From Candidatus Thalassarchaeum sp. (GTDB lineage Archaea; Thermoplasmatota; Poseidoniia; Poseidoniales; Thalassarchaeaceae), in contig JADHRW010000001.1 of the NCBI GenBank assembly GCA_016777225.1, forward strand, positions 170,981 through 234,980: a stretch of DNA of 64,000 nucleotides, given 5' to 3'. Within the stretch, counting starts at the first letter, position 1, and each line of letters opens with the position of its first letter. The translations under genes were made by a program, and so were the position numbers. Below are positions 9,074 through 19,519 of this stretch, piece after piece. Below the pieces are notes generated by a model. That model did no database searches. It was given only the letters and a program-made list of their open reading frames with translations, and had not been told where the DNA came from.

Positions 9074-10789
9074 TCAACCAAATACTCCGAGTAGGTTGCC
9101 GTCTTCATCCATATCCATATCCATAGCAGCAGGCCTTCTGGGAAGTCCTGGCATAGTCATCATTGAGCCACATATCGCTACTAAGAATCCTGCACCTGCA
9201 TTGATTCTTATTTCTCTAATAGGTAATGTGAAACCTGTTGGCGCGCCAAGTTCTGAGGATTCATGACTGAATGAATATTGAGTCTTAGCCATACATACAG
9301 GAAGCGTATCCATACCCCATTTCTTCAACATATCAAATGAATGATGAGCCTGTGGACTGAAATCAACTGTATGAGCGCCATAGACATTGGTGGCTATTTT
9401 GAGAATAGTTTCACTGACTGACATTCCTGGTTCGACTATTGGCTTGTATGGGCTCCCCTTACTCTCATGATCCGCACATGCATTAACTACTGCATCTGCA
9501 AGATTACCTGCACCTTCACCACCATTAGCATGACCCTCAAAAATTACAACGTCTCTGGCACCTGCTAATTTTGCTTCTTCAGCAATAGCATCGATTTCTG
9601 CATCAGTATCTGTAGCGAATTTGTTAATTGAGACAATTACTGGGAGACCGGTCATAGAAATATTTCTTACATGACGACGGAGGTTACTTCCAGCGCCCTT
9701 ACGTGTAGCATCTACATTTTCTGATTCTAATTCTTCTTTAGGTGGTCTTTTACCACCGCCTGTCGAGAATCCACCACCATGGAGTTTCATACTCCTTACA
9801 GTAACATTAATCACAACACAGTCAGGAGTTTTTCCAGAGGCTAGAGCTTTGATATGAAGGGCTTTCTCTGCACCCATATCGGCTCCAAAGCCTGCTTCTG
9901 TAACTACATAATCAGAACATGAAAGAGCTAATGAATCAGCAATTATAGATGAATTACCATGAGCAATATTGGCAAATGGTCCGCAATGAACAAAAGCAGG
10001 ATCTCCTTCTAAAGTTTGGACTAAATTAGGCAATAATGCATCTCTAAGAAGTAGTGCCATAGAACCCGCTGCACCAATATCTTCTGCAGTTACTGGTTGA
10101 CCAGAATTAGATTCTGCAATGATAATTCTACCTAAACGTGCGCGTAAATCCCCATAACCACTTGAAAGAGATAGTATAGCCATAACTTCACTAGCAGCAG
10201 TAATATCGAATCTATCAGTTCTAACTAATCCATTCATTTTACCACCTAAGCCTATAGTAACTTCCCGCAAGGAACGATCATTCATGTCGATTACTCTTGG
10301 CCAAAATATACGATTAGTGTCAATATTTAATTCATTATCTCTATGAAGATGATTATCAAGAATGGCTGAACAAAGATTGTGAGCAGCGGTTACTGCATGT
10401 AAATCCCCAGTAAAATGTAAGTTAATCTGTTCCATAGGAATTACTTGAGAAAAACCGCCACCAGCTGCACCGCCTTTAATCCCAAAGACAGGACCCATCG
10501 AGGGTTCTCTTACAACACAAGTTGCATTATGTCCTCGGCGATTTAGCCCTTGGTTGAGGCCAATGGTAGTGACTGTTTTACCTTCTCCAAATGGAGTTGG
10601 ATTTACTGAAGTTACAAGAATCAAGAATCCTTGCTTATCTGAAGACTTAGATTTCATAGTTTCCCACTTAATTTTAGCAATAGTTGGACCCTGCATAATC
10701 AAGTCACTACTAGAAAGTCCAAGCTTCGCAGCAATCTCTTCAATAGGTCTAGGTTGCGCTCTGCGGGCGATATCCAAATCACTGTCCAT
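9074..10789 (-). CDS. fhs: Formate--tetrahydrofolate ligase
   Basis: 571-aa ORF with the FTHFS signature PSMGPVFGIKGGAAGGG and FTHFS-like similarity across the full length. Confidence 0.9.
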   Translation of the reverse strand: MDSDLDIARRAQPRPIEEIAAKLGLSSSDLIMQGPTIAKIKWETMKSKSSDKQGFLILVTSVNPTPFGEGKTVTTIGLNQGLNRRGHNATCVVREPSMGPVFGIKGGAAGGGFSQVIPMEQINLHFTGDLHAVTAAHNLCSAILDNHLHRDNELNIDTNRIFWPRVIDMNDRSLREVTIGLGGKMNGLVRTDRFDITAASEVMAILSLSSGYGDLRARLGRIIIAESNSGQPVTAEDIGAAGSMALLLRDALLPNLVQTLEGDPAFVHCGPFANIAHGNSSIIADSLALSCSDYVVTEAGFGADMGAEKALHIKALASGKTPDCVVINVTVRSMKLHGGGFSTGGGKRPPKEELESENVDATRKGAGSNLRRHVRNISMTGLPVIVSINKFATDTDAEIDAIAEEAKLAGARDVVIFEGHANGGEGAGNLADAVVNACADHESKGSPYKPIVEPGMSVSETILKIATNVYGAHTVDFSPQAHHSFDMLKKWGMDTLPVCMAKTQYSFSHESSELGAPTGFTLPIREIRINAGAGFLVAICGSMMTMPGLPRRPAAMDMDMDEDGNLLGVFG

Positions 10790-10851
10790 CGTTCTTTCCG
10801 GTCGAACTACTCACTTGAAACCTTCATTGCTAACAATTCGTAGGAGGGCAT

Positions 10852-11583
10852 GTGAAGACACCAGCCTACTGGGGAGTTTCTGGTTTTCCAATCAGTCATT
10901 CTTTAACTCCGAAGATCTTCAACATCGTTGGAGATGCGCTAAATTTAGACACTACTAATATGATATTTATTGAGGCAAAAAATCCGGAAGAATTCAAGAA
11001 AAGTATTGATAATTTAGATGGTGATTTATGGATTTCAGTCACCTCTCCATTGAAACATACTCTTGGTAAAATACTTGAAATTTCTGAATTTGAAGGGGTG
11101 AATTCAATTAATCAATTAACGAGAATTAAGGGTGAATGGGAAGGAACTAACACTGATGGTTATGGATTTGTCAACACTGCTAAATATATCGGAATAAACC
11201 CACAAGAAGCTATTCTGAAAATCAAAGGAGGGGGATCAACGGCTAGATCTATAGCTGCAGCTTGGTCAGAAGCAGGAGGGAAAATTGTCCCCATCAATGG
11301 TAGAAGAGAATTAACTGATGGACCATGGGATAAATCAATAATTGAAGATTGCCATGCTGATATTGCAGTAGATTTAGATACTGAACCAGGACAAATTAAC
11401 AATAAAATAATGAATGCTAATATGACAGTCACCTTATCTTACAATGAACATTCAAAAATTAATGAATTTGCATTAATAATGCTTGTATCTCAGCATTTAG
11501 AAGCCTGGGATAGACTTTTCATAAACAATACATCATCAAAATTACCTACCCTAGATTATGTTCTAGAAAGGCTATTCAATTAA
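10852..11583 (+). CDS. Shikimate dehydrogenase-like (short AroE family) protein
   Basis: 243-aa ORF. The N-terminal GVSGFPISHSLTPKIFN resembles the AroE substrate-binding motif (G.PI.HS.SP.IHN). It is shorter than canonical AroE. Confidence 0.45.
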   Translation: MKTPAYWGVSGFPISHSLTPKIFNIVGDALNLDTTNMIFIEAKNPEEFKKSIDNLDGDLWISVTSPLKHTLGKILEISEFEGVNSINQLTRIKGEWEGTNTDGYGFVNTAKYIGINPQEAILKIKGGGSTARSIAAAWSEAGGKIVPINGRRELTDGPWDKSIIEDCHADIAVDLDTEPGQINNKIMNANMTVTLSYNEHSKINEFALIMLVSQHLEAWDRLFINNTSSKLPTLDYVLERLFN

Positions 11584-13130
11584 AGTGGAATATTTCCGTG
11601 TTTCTTAGGAGGAACCCATTCTCTCTTTGTCCTGAGTGGCTTCAACGCTTGAATTAATTTCTTCCTTGTATCCGCTGGTTCAATGACATCATCTAACCAC
11701 CCATTTCTTGCTGCAACATATGGGTCACCAAATTTACTACGATACTCATCAACTAATTCTAAATGAGTCTCTGAACGATTATCAGATTGTTCGAGCTCTC
11801 TACGATGAATGATATTCACGGCACCATCCGCTCCCATAACGGCTAACTCACCAGTAGGCCATGATACGTTATAGTCTGACCCAAGATGTTTGCATGACAT
11901 GGCTAGATAAGCGCCACCATATGCTTTCCTAGTTACTACCGTGAGTTTAGGAACTGTAGCTTCAGCATAAGCATATAGCATCTTTGCACCATGACGAATG
12001 ATACCGCCCCATTCTTGAACAGTACCCGGAAGGAAACCGGGCACATCAACAAAAGTAATGACTGGTATATTGAATACATCACAAGTACGAATAAACCTCG
12101 CTGCCTTAACAGATGCATCAATATCTAGACACCCTGCAAGCACTTTCGGCTGATTAGCTACGATACCGACTGATTGACCATCTAAACGAGCAAAACCCAC
12201 CAATATATTATCAGCATAAGAAGGAAATAACTCCAAAAATCTATCTTCATCAACAACTTCTTTGATTACTTTTGACATGTCATAAGGCTTGTTGGAATCA
12301 GAAGGCACTATTTTTTCTAATTTTTTACAAGTTCTATCCCATGGATCACCCGAATTAACATTGAATGATTCTGCAAGCGTATGGTCAGGTAAATAACTCA
12401 GAATCTCCGCTGCAATATTGATTGCATCGTGCTCATCTTCAGCGACTAAGCATGCAACTCCACTACGACTTGCATGAGATTCAGCTCCTCCGAGTGTATC
12501 TTCATCAATCTCGCCATTAATGACTTCAGGAATGAAATATGGACTCCTCATAAACATTTGACCATGTTCTGAGCCTAGAATTACAAAATCAGACAAACCT
12601 GCAGCTAAAGCACTCACACCTGAAACGGTACCAAGAACTAGAGAGATTATTGGAATACGGCCAGAGCACGCTACAAGAATATCAAGTAATTCTCCTGTTG
12701 CTCCTAAAGCAGGTACTCCTTCGTAAGCGCGCTGACCATCACCATCCCAGATTCCTATAATTGGCAATTGAGATTTCTCGGCAAATTCTGCTATTTTTGC
12801 TATTTTTTTAGCATGCATTTCACCCATTGTTCCTTCAAATATAGAATAGTCTTGAGCAAAACAAACTATTCTCCTACCATCAAGCATTCCATGACCAGCA
12901 ACGACTCCATCTCCTAATGGCCGATGGAGATGTAAATTATGATCACCCGAGCGATGCTGGACAAAGGCATCAATTTCAACAAATGATTCAGTATCTAGTA
13001 AAGCATGAATTCTTTCTCGAGCAGTCATTCGACCGGATTTCCTCAAATTTTGAACTGATATTCGATCACCAGGGCTATCTGCAAGTTGACGAAAATTATC
13101 TAAATTTTCACTCGGGGATACCCCTGACAT
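11580..13130 (-). CDS. pccB: Acyl-CoA carboxylase carboxyltransferase subunit (propionyl-CoA carboxylase beta / methylmalonyl-CoA decarboxylase alpha family)
   Basis: 516-aa ORF with the typical carboxyltransferase blocks (MHAKKIAKIAEFAEKSQLPIIGIWDGDGQRAYEGV; GGAYLAMSCKHLGSDY). Confidence 0.85.
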   Translation of the reverse strand: MSGVSPSENLDNFRQLADSPGDRISVQNLRKSGRMTARERIHALLDTESFVEIDAFVQHRSGDHNLHLHRPLGDGVVAGHGMLDGRRIVCFAQDYSIFEGTMGEMHAKKIAKIAEFAEKSQLPIIGIWDGDGQRAYEGVPALGATGELLDILVACSGRIPIISLVLGTVSGVSALAAGLSDFVILGSEHGQMFMRSPYFIPEVINGEIDEDTLGGAESHASRSGVACLVAEDEHDAINIAAEILSYLPDHTLAESFNVNSGDPWDRTCKKLEKIVPSDSNKPYDMSKVIKEVVDEDRFLELFPSYADNILVGFARLDGQSVGIVANQPKVLAGCLDIDASVKAARFIRTCDVFNIPVITFVDVPGFLPGTVQEWGGIIRHGAKMLYAYAEATVPKLTVVTRKAYGGAYLAMSCKHLGSDYNVSWPTGELAVMGADGAVNIIHRRELEQSDNRSETHLELVDEYRSKFGDPYVAARNGWLDDVIEPADTRKKLIQALKPLRTKREWVPPKKHGNIPL

Positions 13131-13178
13131 ATCGTTTCGAACTAACAGACGGTTATTGACAGAGTCGGCTCGAACATT

Positions 13179-14600
13179 TCAAGATTGAGAGTCATATGGA
13201 TTTTCACCACAGAGATCTTGCTCCCAACCTGAAATGACATCATCTCTCTTTCCATCGAGTGAAAGAAGATGGTGTAATTTAACTAAACCAGAACTTGGTG
13301 GACAGAGAGAACCGTGACCTATTATCCCCATTTCTTGTTGAACACGGCCTTTTGAATATACGTCGAGATGTACTGGACCATGTATTGTCTGAGTCGTTAA
13401 AACTACTATGCCCCCAGAATTACAATAATCTTCTAATGTAAATTTCAGTTTGATATTTTCAGGACTATCGTTTTCAGGGTCTTGAATAGGTAAATGACCT
13501 AGCCCGGTACCATGAAAATACAACGCATCATAACCTGAATTAATTGCTGCCTGAACTAAATCAGAATGTAAGTGAGGTCCAGCAGAGAATTCCGCAATTC
13601 GAATAGATTCATCGAAATAAGTTGGAGTATCTGTTTCAACTCTGGCATCATGACCTCTTGGTTCGAAAAATTCTATCGAAGCAGAATCCCGATTAACAAG
13701 AATATGAGCAATTGGATTTTGATTAATAGGTTTGAATGCACCTCTACGTGAAGAATGATACTTTCGAGTAGCACAGCCGGGAAGAACTGCGCAACGACCG
13801 TCTGATGAATCAGCATGTAATACCACAACTGCAGAATCTCCGTAGCCACTGGGTATAGGGCCATTAGCAGCCCAATGAACAGCGGCTATAAGATTCTCAG
13901 CTGCATCAGATGAACCTCTATCTGGAGAGCGTTGAGAACCTGTTAATGCAATTCTTCCAGAGGGTCTTCCTCCTTGACCAGACCAACCATAAGACATAGC
14001 GGCAGCAGTATAGTGTAGTGTATCTGTACCGTGAGTTATGACAACTCCTACTGCACCTTCTTCAAAGGCCTCTGCTGTAGCTTTCAACATACGATTCCAA
14101 TGACGAGGACGAATATCATCAGACCACATATTACCTAGTTTGACAACATGAATCTTAGCAATTGAACGTAATTCAGGTACTGCATCTAATAACTCATCAG
14201 GTTCGAAACGAGCCGAAACTGCTCCTGTTTTATAGTCAACCTTTGATGCAATAGTCCCTCCCGTATGGATCAAATGAACAAGCGGTAATGAATCGTCTTG
14301 AGGGATGGATGCGATAACTTCTTCTTCGTAAATTTCAACTGAATCAAGAATTTCTATACTTTTCACCACAAGTTCAGGATATGAGATATTATATCCATTT
14401 ACTAGTTTCATAGTCACTAATTTTGGTCCTGCAGGAGGTAAGGCAAGACCATCATGCGAAGTCTCTCCAGCCCAAGTCTTCACCACCAAACGAACAGCGG
14501 TTCCCGCCTCAGGCCAATCTACCATGAGGGCTGTGGAATACTGCCACCACATCAAACACACGCTCTGGAAGACTCTGCTGAAGACTTCATGGGTAGACAT
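13179..14600 (-). CDS. gatD: Glutamyl-tRNA(Gln) amidotransferase subunit D
   Basis: An L-asparaginase-type domain (HLIHTGGTIAS) follows a small N-terminal domain (LVNGYNISYPEL), which matches archaeal GatD. The true start is probably an internal Met around 14525, since the 473-aa ORF is longer than a typical GatD. Confidence 0.7.
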   Translation of the reverse strand: MSTHEVFSRVFQSVCLMWWQYSTALMVDWPEAGTAVRLVVKTWAGETSHDGLALPPAGPKLVTMKLVNGYNISYPELVVKSIEILDSVEIYEEEVIASIPQDDSLPLVHLIHTGGTIASKVDYKTGAVSARFEPDELLDAVPELRSIAKIHVVKLGNMWSDDIRPRHWNRMLKATAEAFEEGAVGVVITHGTDTLHYTAAAMSYGWSGQGGRPSGRIALTGSQRSPDRGSSDAAENLIAAVHWAANGPIPSGYGDSAVVVLHADSSDGRCAVLPGCATRKYHSSRRGAFKPINQNPIAHILVNRDSASIEFFEPRGHDARVETDTPTYFDESIRIAEFSAGPHLHSDLVQAAINSGYDALYFHGTGLGHLPIQDPENDSPENIKLKFTLEDYCNSGGIVVLTTQTIHGPVHLDVYSKGRVQQEMGIIGHGSLCPPSSGLVKLHHLLSLDGKRDDVISGWEQDLCGENPYDSQS

Positions 14601-14614
14601 CTACACGAGCAGCC

Positions 14615-15466
14615 ATGGAGGGGCAGACCGCTATACTAGCAGCGGTGATGGCAGGACTTGTTGCAACTACTGTAACTGTACTAATCGAGAAATATGGGGG
14701 TATTTTAGGAGGAATACTAGGAACTATTCCCACTACAATTATTCCAGCAGCAATAGGGATGGGGGCGGAAGGAGGAGATGACTCGTTAATACTTAGTTTA
14801 GCAATAGTTCCTGCTGGAATGTTAATCAATGCAATATTTCTTTCAACTTGGGCAATTCTACCAAATAAATTACCAATTAAATGGAGTTCGAATAAAAGAT
14901 TACTCTTCACTAGTATCTGCTCTCTAATTGTTTGGACCGTTACTGGCGTATTGGCAATTCAAGTTGTTGACATAGCGATTGAGAAGAATTACTCTGCATA
15001 TCAAATTGCAGTCACGGGATTTCTATTAGTGGGGATACTTGGAGCAGTAATGTGTTGGAATCTGAAACCAGCACCAAAAGGAAAGAATAAGGTTAGTAAA
15101 ATAATTCTTATTTCTAGAGGTACTGTAGCTGCTACTGCAATAGGAATTGCAGTCTTAATTTCAGGATTAGGAATGCCACTGTTAGCAGGGCTAGCATCGG
15201 TTTTTCCGGCAATATTCCTTACAAGTATGGTCGCTTTATGGATTGCACAAGGTCCTTCAGTACCCCTAGGAGCCGCGGGTCCAATGATGATGGGTGGAGC
15301 ATCTGTTGCTGCATATTCAATTATTGCAATGTGGTCAATGATTGAATACGGTTTAGCTATTGGTTCAATAATTGCTTGGATTGGTTCAATTATATTCTGG
15401 TCAATACCATCATTTGCTTATGTAAATTGGAGATCAAAAGTACAAAATTCTGAGATATCGACATGA
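14615..15466 (+). CDS. Hypothetical polytopic membrane protein
   Basis: 283-aa ORF that is highly hydrophobic and Gly/Ala/Ile-rich, with about 8 predicted TM segments. Confidence 0.4.
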   Translation: MEGQTAILAAVMAGLVATTVTVLIEKYGGILGGILGTIPTTIIPAAIGMGAEGGDDSLILSLAIVPAGMLINAIFLSTWAILPNKLPIKWSSNKRLLFTSICSLIVWTVTGVLAIQVVDIAIEKNYSAYQIAVTGFLLVGILGAVMCWNLKPAPKGKNKVSKIILISRGTVAATAIGIAVLISGLGMPLLAGLASVFPAIFLTSMVALWIAQGPSVPLGAAGPMMMGGASVAAYSIIAMWSMIEYGLAIGSIIAWIGSIIFWSIPSFAYVNWRSKVQNSEIST

Positions 15467-15501
15467 GAAAAACTGAATATGAATTCCTGTGAGTCTGAAT
15501 A

Positions 15502-16578
15502 ATGGTTGCAGGTCCTATCATAGATTCTGATATTCGTAAAGCTCATACTTTACCCTCTAGATACTATACTGAAGATACTCTATTCTCAGAAATTCTGTCT
15601 ACTCTTTCTAACTCATTTCACTTTGCAGCACACGTAAGTCAACTTAATGAAAATAATATAATACCTTTACCTCAATTGGAAAATATTCTTGGTGAAGCTT
15701 TGATGATTACTAAAGATGTGAAGATTAGATGTTTGTCAAATGTATGCACACACAGAGGGATGCTAATTGCTACAAAACCATGTAATTCAAAAAATCTCAA
15801 ATGTGGATATCATGGAAGAACATTCGGATTAGATGGCTGTATGAAAAATATGCCAGAATTCACAGAAGTTGAAAACTTTCCGTCTGATTCAGATAGTTTA
15901 ATCGAGTTCCCTATCAATATATGGAATGGAATAATATTTACAGGAGGGGAACGGTTTTTTACCAGTGTTATTGATGAAATACAGAAAAGAATAGGATGGA
16001 TGAGAATAGAATCTTTCGAGTATGATAAATCACGACATCGATCATATGATATTAATGCTAACTGGGCTCTTTATGTTGACAATTATCTTGAAGGATTCCA
16101 TATTCCATTTGTGCATGGAGATTTACATAATGTTCTGGACTATGATTCATACAAAACAGAATTATTTGAGGGTGGAGTTTTACAAATAGGTATTGCTAAT
16201 GAGGGGGAAGCATATTTTCAGTTGCCAATATCATCTCCTGATTATGGACAAAAAATAGCTGCTTATTATTATTGGATATATCCGGGTTTGATGTTAAATT
16301 TTTATCCATGGGGGTTATCAGTAAATATTGTGAATCCTATTTCAGTTGATAAAACAAGAATAATTTATCATGGTTTCGTAGGTGAAAAATCAATGCTTGG
16401 AAAAGGAGCAGGAGGAGATTTAGACAAAGTTGAGGCGGAAGATCAAGAAATTGTTGAAGCTACACAAAGAGGAGTCTCTTCGAAATCATATGAAAGAGGA
16501 AGATACTCACCATCTAAGGAAAAAGGAGTACATTATTTCCATAGAATATTGACTAACTCTATAAACAATGATTTTTAG
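15502..16578 (+). CDS. Rieske [2Fe-2S] domain non-heme iron oxygenase (ring-hydroxylating oxygenase alpha-subunit-like)
   Basis: 358-aa ORF with the Rieske motif CTHRG...(17 aa)...CGYHG. The C-terminal catalytic-domain residues (EGFHIPFVHGD) are also present. Confidence 0.7.
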   Translation: MVAGPIIDSDIRKAHTLPSRYYTEDTLFSEILSTLSNSFHFAAHVSQLNENNIIPLPQLENILGEALMITKDVKIRCLSNVCTHRGMLIATKPCNSKNLKCGYHGRTFGLDGCMKNMPEFTEVENFPSDSDSLIEFPINIWNGIIFTGGERFFTSVIDEIQKRIGWMRIESFEYDKSRHRSYDINANWALYVDNYLEGFHIPFVHGDLHNVLDYDSYKTELFEGGVLQIGIANEGEAYFQLPISSPDYGQKIAAYYYWIYPGLMLNFYPWGLSVNIVNPISVDKTRIIYHGFVGEKSMLGKGAGGDLDKVEAEDQEIVEATQRGVSSKSYERGRYSPSKEKGVHYFHRILTNSINNDF

Positions 16579-18599
16579 TGTATATCGGTCTCGATGTATT
16601 GATGAATCCTAGTAAAAAAACTCTAGTCTCAATCTTAATCGTGATGTCAATGTTACTTTCAGGCTGTACTGAAGCATCGAATGACTCCTCAGATGAGATT
16701 GATGATATACCCTTACAAGATTGTGAATTAAATGATAGTTGCTTTGAAGAAGATACTGAAGAAATAATCACAATACCTCACACAGATGGATGCGACAATA
16801 TCAATCCATTCCATTGCATGTTACCTTTTCCATCTAATGCTTTTTTAGTAGATGACTCAAGTACAGTTACAAAAAAAAGAATTAATTATTCACCCACCAG
16901 TTTACCCGGTTCTGGATCAAAATCAGTTATTGAAATACCACTAATTAATCAAATGGATGGATTCAGTACATCAACTCAGATAATGACTGCTTTTTCATCA
17001 ATACCAAATGTAGATATGCTGGCAAATCAGAATAACATAGCTCCAAGCATGAACTTAGAACATCAAACATTACTGATGAACATTAATACTGGAGAACTTG
17101 TAGAACATTGGGTCGAATTAGATGCCCGAGCGGAAGAAGGAGAAGAAGTAATTCTCCATATAAGGACAATTAAACATTTACAATTCAATACCGAATATGG
17201 AGTTTTAATACATGGTTTAACTGATGAATCGGGAGAATTAATTCAACCTTCAGAAGCTCTTAATGCAATTATGAATGGAAATATTACAGATTCATCAGAT
17301 ATCGAAGAAAGAAGAAATGAAATTTCACTTCTGATTGATTATTTCACTGAAGATATTAATATAGAAAAATCAGGTATACAAGCAATCTGGAGCTTTACTA
17401 CAAACTCTGCAGAGTCAGCATTAGGCCCTACAATTCAGATGAGAGATGATGCATTGGAAAGAATTGGAGGAGGTATTGGTTGTACAATAGATTCTGTTGA
17501 AGAAAATTATGGTGATGATAATCTCACTCTAAGGAGAATTACTGGAACTTTCACAACCCCTCAATATACCATTTCAGAATATTCACCTACATTGATTAAT
17601 AGAGATGAAAATCGTAATGCAGTCTTTGTAGAAAATAGAGAAGTACCATTCGCTATGACTATTCCTACTCTTGAAGATAGTACCGAAAATATGCCGATTA
17701 CAATATGGGGCCATGGTTTCTTAGGACAAAGTGACGGAGGCCCTAGAGGTTGGGCTCATACATATCAAACAGTAATGCTTACAACCGATATTACAGGATT
17801 TACTAGTGTAGACTATGACCCTATTTCTTTTGCATTATTAGACCCTAACTACTTCACTCATCACTCTGCAAGTCTAGAACAAGGAATGATCAATCATGTA
17901 GTATTAGCCAAGACATTTTCTGATGCTTGTTCTAACTTAACTGAGTTCTATGATTCAGGAGTCAAGATAGTAGATACAGATGAAATACACTGGGGAGGTT
18001 ATTCTTTAGGAGGAATAGTAGGAATTCCTGTAATGTCACTATCTCCAGATATTAATCGAGGGGCATTATTCGCTGGTGGAGGCCCTTACACTTTGATTGC
18101 AGAAAGATCTGGTGCAGTTGAGGGGCTATACTATGCGTTTTCTCTGGATATATCATATGATAATCAAATGGATAGAGCTGTGATAATGTCTGCTGTAATA
18201 CAACAACTTTGGGATATTGTAGACCCCGATGTATATTCTGCATATCTTAATAGCGAAAATACAGGATTGTATGAGCATCAGTTTGTTTCTTTAAATTCAA
18301 TGGGTGACCAAGTAGTCCCTGTCCTATCTGCTGATAGAATGGTTAGAAGTTCAGGTGCATTGATAATGGATAGTTCTGTTTACCACCCAATTGAAACATC
18401 AACATGGGTAGAAGGAGATAACTTATCATCAGTAGCGGTATATTTTGATGGGAATTACACAGCACCTGAAGAAAATGTCTTCGGACCAGGAAATGGAGCA
18501 CATGGATATTTATGGGCTCCAATCGAACCTGCTGAAATAGCTTTTAGATTTCTCTTAGATGGAGAAATATTTGATGCCTGTGATGGAGACTGTAACTGA
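16578..18599 (+). CDS. Secreted lipoprotein, putative alpha/beta-hydrolase (esterase/lipase-like)
   Basis: 673-aa ORF. It has a signal peptide plus lipobox (LLSGCTEA). A nucleophile-elbow GxSxG is present (GGYSLGGIVG). The start overlaps the stop of the Rieske gene. Confidence 0.4.
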   Translation: MYIGLDVLMNPSKKTLVSILIVMSMLLSGCTEASNDSSDEIDDIPLQDCELNDSCFEEDTEEIITIPHTDGCDNINPFHCMLPFPSNAFLVDDSSTVTKKRINYSPTSLPGSGSKSVIEIPLINQMDGFSTSTQIMTAFSSIPNVDMLANQNNIAPSMNLEHQTLLMNINTGELVEHWVELDARAEEGEEVILHIRTIKHLQFNTEYGVLIHGLTDESGELIQPSEALNAIMNGNITDSSDIEERRNEISLLIDYFTEDINIEKSGIQAIWSFTTNSAESALGPTIQMRDDALERIGGGIGCTIDSVEENYGDDNLTLRRITGTFTTPQYTISEYSPTLINRDENRNAVFVENREVPFAMTIPTLEDSTENMPITIWGHGFLGQSDGGPRGWAHTYQTVMLTTDITGFTSVDYDPISFALLDPNYFTHHSASLEQGMINHVVLAKTFSDACSNLTEFYDSGVKIVDTDEIHWGGYSLGGIVGIPVMSLSPDINRGALFAGGGPYTLIAERSGAVEGLYYAFSLDISYDNQMDRAVIMSAVIQQLWDIVDPDVYSAYLNSENTGLYEHQFVSLNSMGDQVVPVLSADRMVRSSGALIMDSSVYHPIETSTWVEGDNLSSVAVYFDGNYTAPEENVFGPGNGAHGYLWAPIEPAEIAFRFLLDGEIFDACDGDCN

Positions 18600-18601
18600 A
18601 A

Positions 18602-18799
18602 TTAACATCCATCTATTCTTACAGTACCAGAATCTGATATAGAACATATCCAATCAGAATGAACTGAGACCCTAGTATCAAACGATACTTCGCCATAGTC
18701 ACCAGTATCGCCTAAACCAAAACTAGTTACAGCTATGACATACCATTCATTATCAATCAAAGTAAAAGAGGGACCCCCGGAGTCCCCCGGAACAGACAT
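18602..18799 (-). pseudogene. C-terminal remnant of a trypsin-like (S1 family) serine protease
   Basis: 65-aa ORF containing the catalytic-serine motif GDSGGP, followed by about 50 aa that resemble an S1 C-terminal barrel. The reading frame stays open for only about 28 codons upstream (to 18883), and that stretch has no protease-like sequence. No His/Asp triad region is present. Confidence 0.35.
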
Positions 18800-19181
18800 C
18801 CCCTCTAATTCCTGAGGAACTGGACTACTAGAACCAGAACCTGCATGAGGGAAATATCCATACTTATTCGACCATTTTAGAATTCATTGTGTCATTATCA
18901 CTTAATATCGAATCTTTTTGTTCAATAATTATTGGTTCAGAATCAATCTTCACTGGCTCTTGAACATCATTAGACATTAAATCTTGAGCTAAATCTGAAG
19001 AAAGTTTTTTCTGATCATTTGAAAATTCAAAATTCTTAGAAAATGAATCAATTGAATCTAAAATTCTGCCGACTCTAGAACTTGATGAAATGTCTACTTG
19101 CTCATCTACCACGAGTAATGCTGAGCATTGATGTCTTTGAATCTCTCGGGTAATTTTAGACTATTACGACTTACTTGACAC

Positions 19182-19484
19182 TTATCTTCTAAGAAGTAAC
19201 TGTGGAGGTATACGATATTGATATTCTATATTTGGTCCAATCAATTCGATTATTTCCATTTTTTCATCTATTCGAATAAGTGTAACAAATGTATCAACAC
19301 CATGTAGTGGCATATTAGCTACGAGTTGACCACTCCTATGAATTATTAATTCCGTCTTAACATCTGGAGGATTTGATGAAAATCTAAGAGAGTTGTCATC
19401 AATTAAAATAGTACCAAGATTATCGAATATCTTCGAAAAATAAATACAAAGTTCAGTCCAATTAGAAATTTGGATCTCACGCAT
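19182..19484 (-). CDS. Small hypothetical protein (start trimmed to an internal Met to avoid the tRNA)
   Basis: The ORF-track ORF 19182..19592 overlaps the 3' exon of the minus-strand tRNA. An internal ATG at 19484 (MREIQ...) gives a 101-aa product. Nothing else supports this gene. Confidence 0.25.
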   Translation of the reverse strand: MREIQISNWTELCIYFSKIFDNLGTILIDDNSLRFSSNPPDVKTELIIHRSGQLVANMPLHGVDTFVTLIRIDEKMEIIELIGPNIEYQYRIPPQLLLRR

Positions 19485-19519
19485 GATATGGGGTGTAGTG
19501 ATGAAGTATTTGGGAATGG

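Noticed and set aside
14454-14910. Overlapping short ORFs (14454..14639, 14524..14781, 14587..14910) at the gatD / membrane-protein junction
   Set aside because: They are alternative-frame readings of the gatD 5' end and of the Gly/Ala-rich membrane protein gene, with no independent evidence.
18864-19112. 82-aa minus-strand ORF
   Set aside because: No motif or homology signal. It lies in a region that looks like decayed sequence. It might be real, but this could not be supported.
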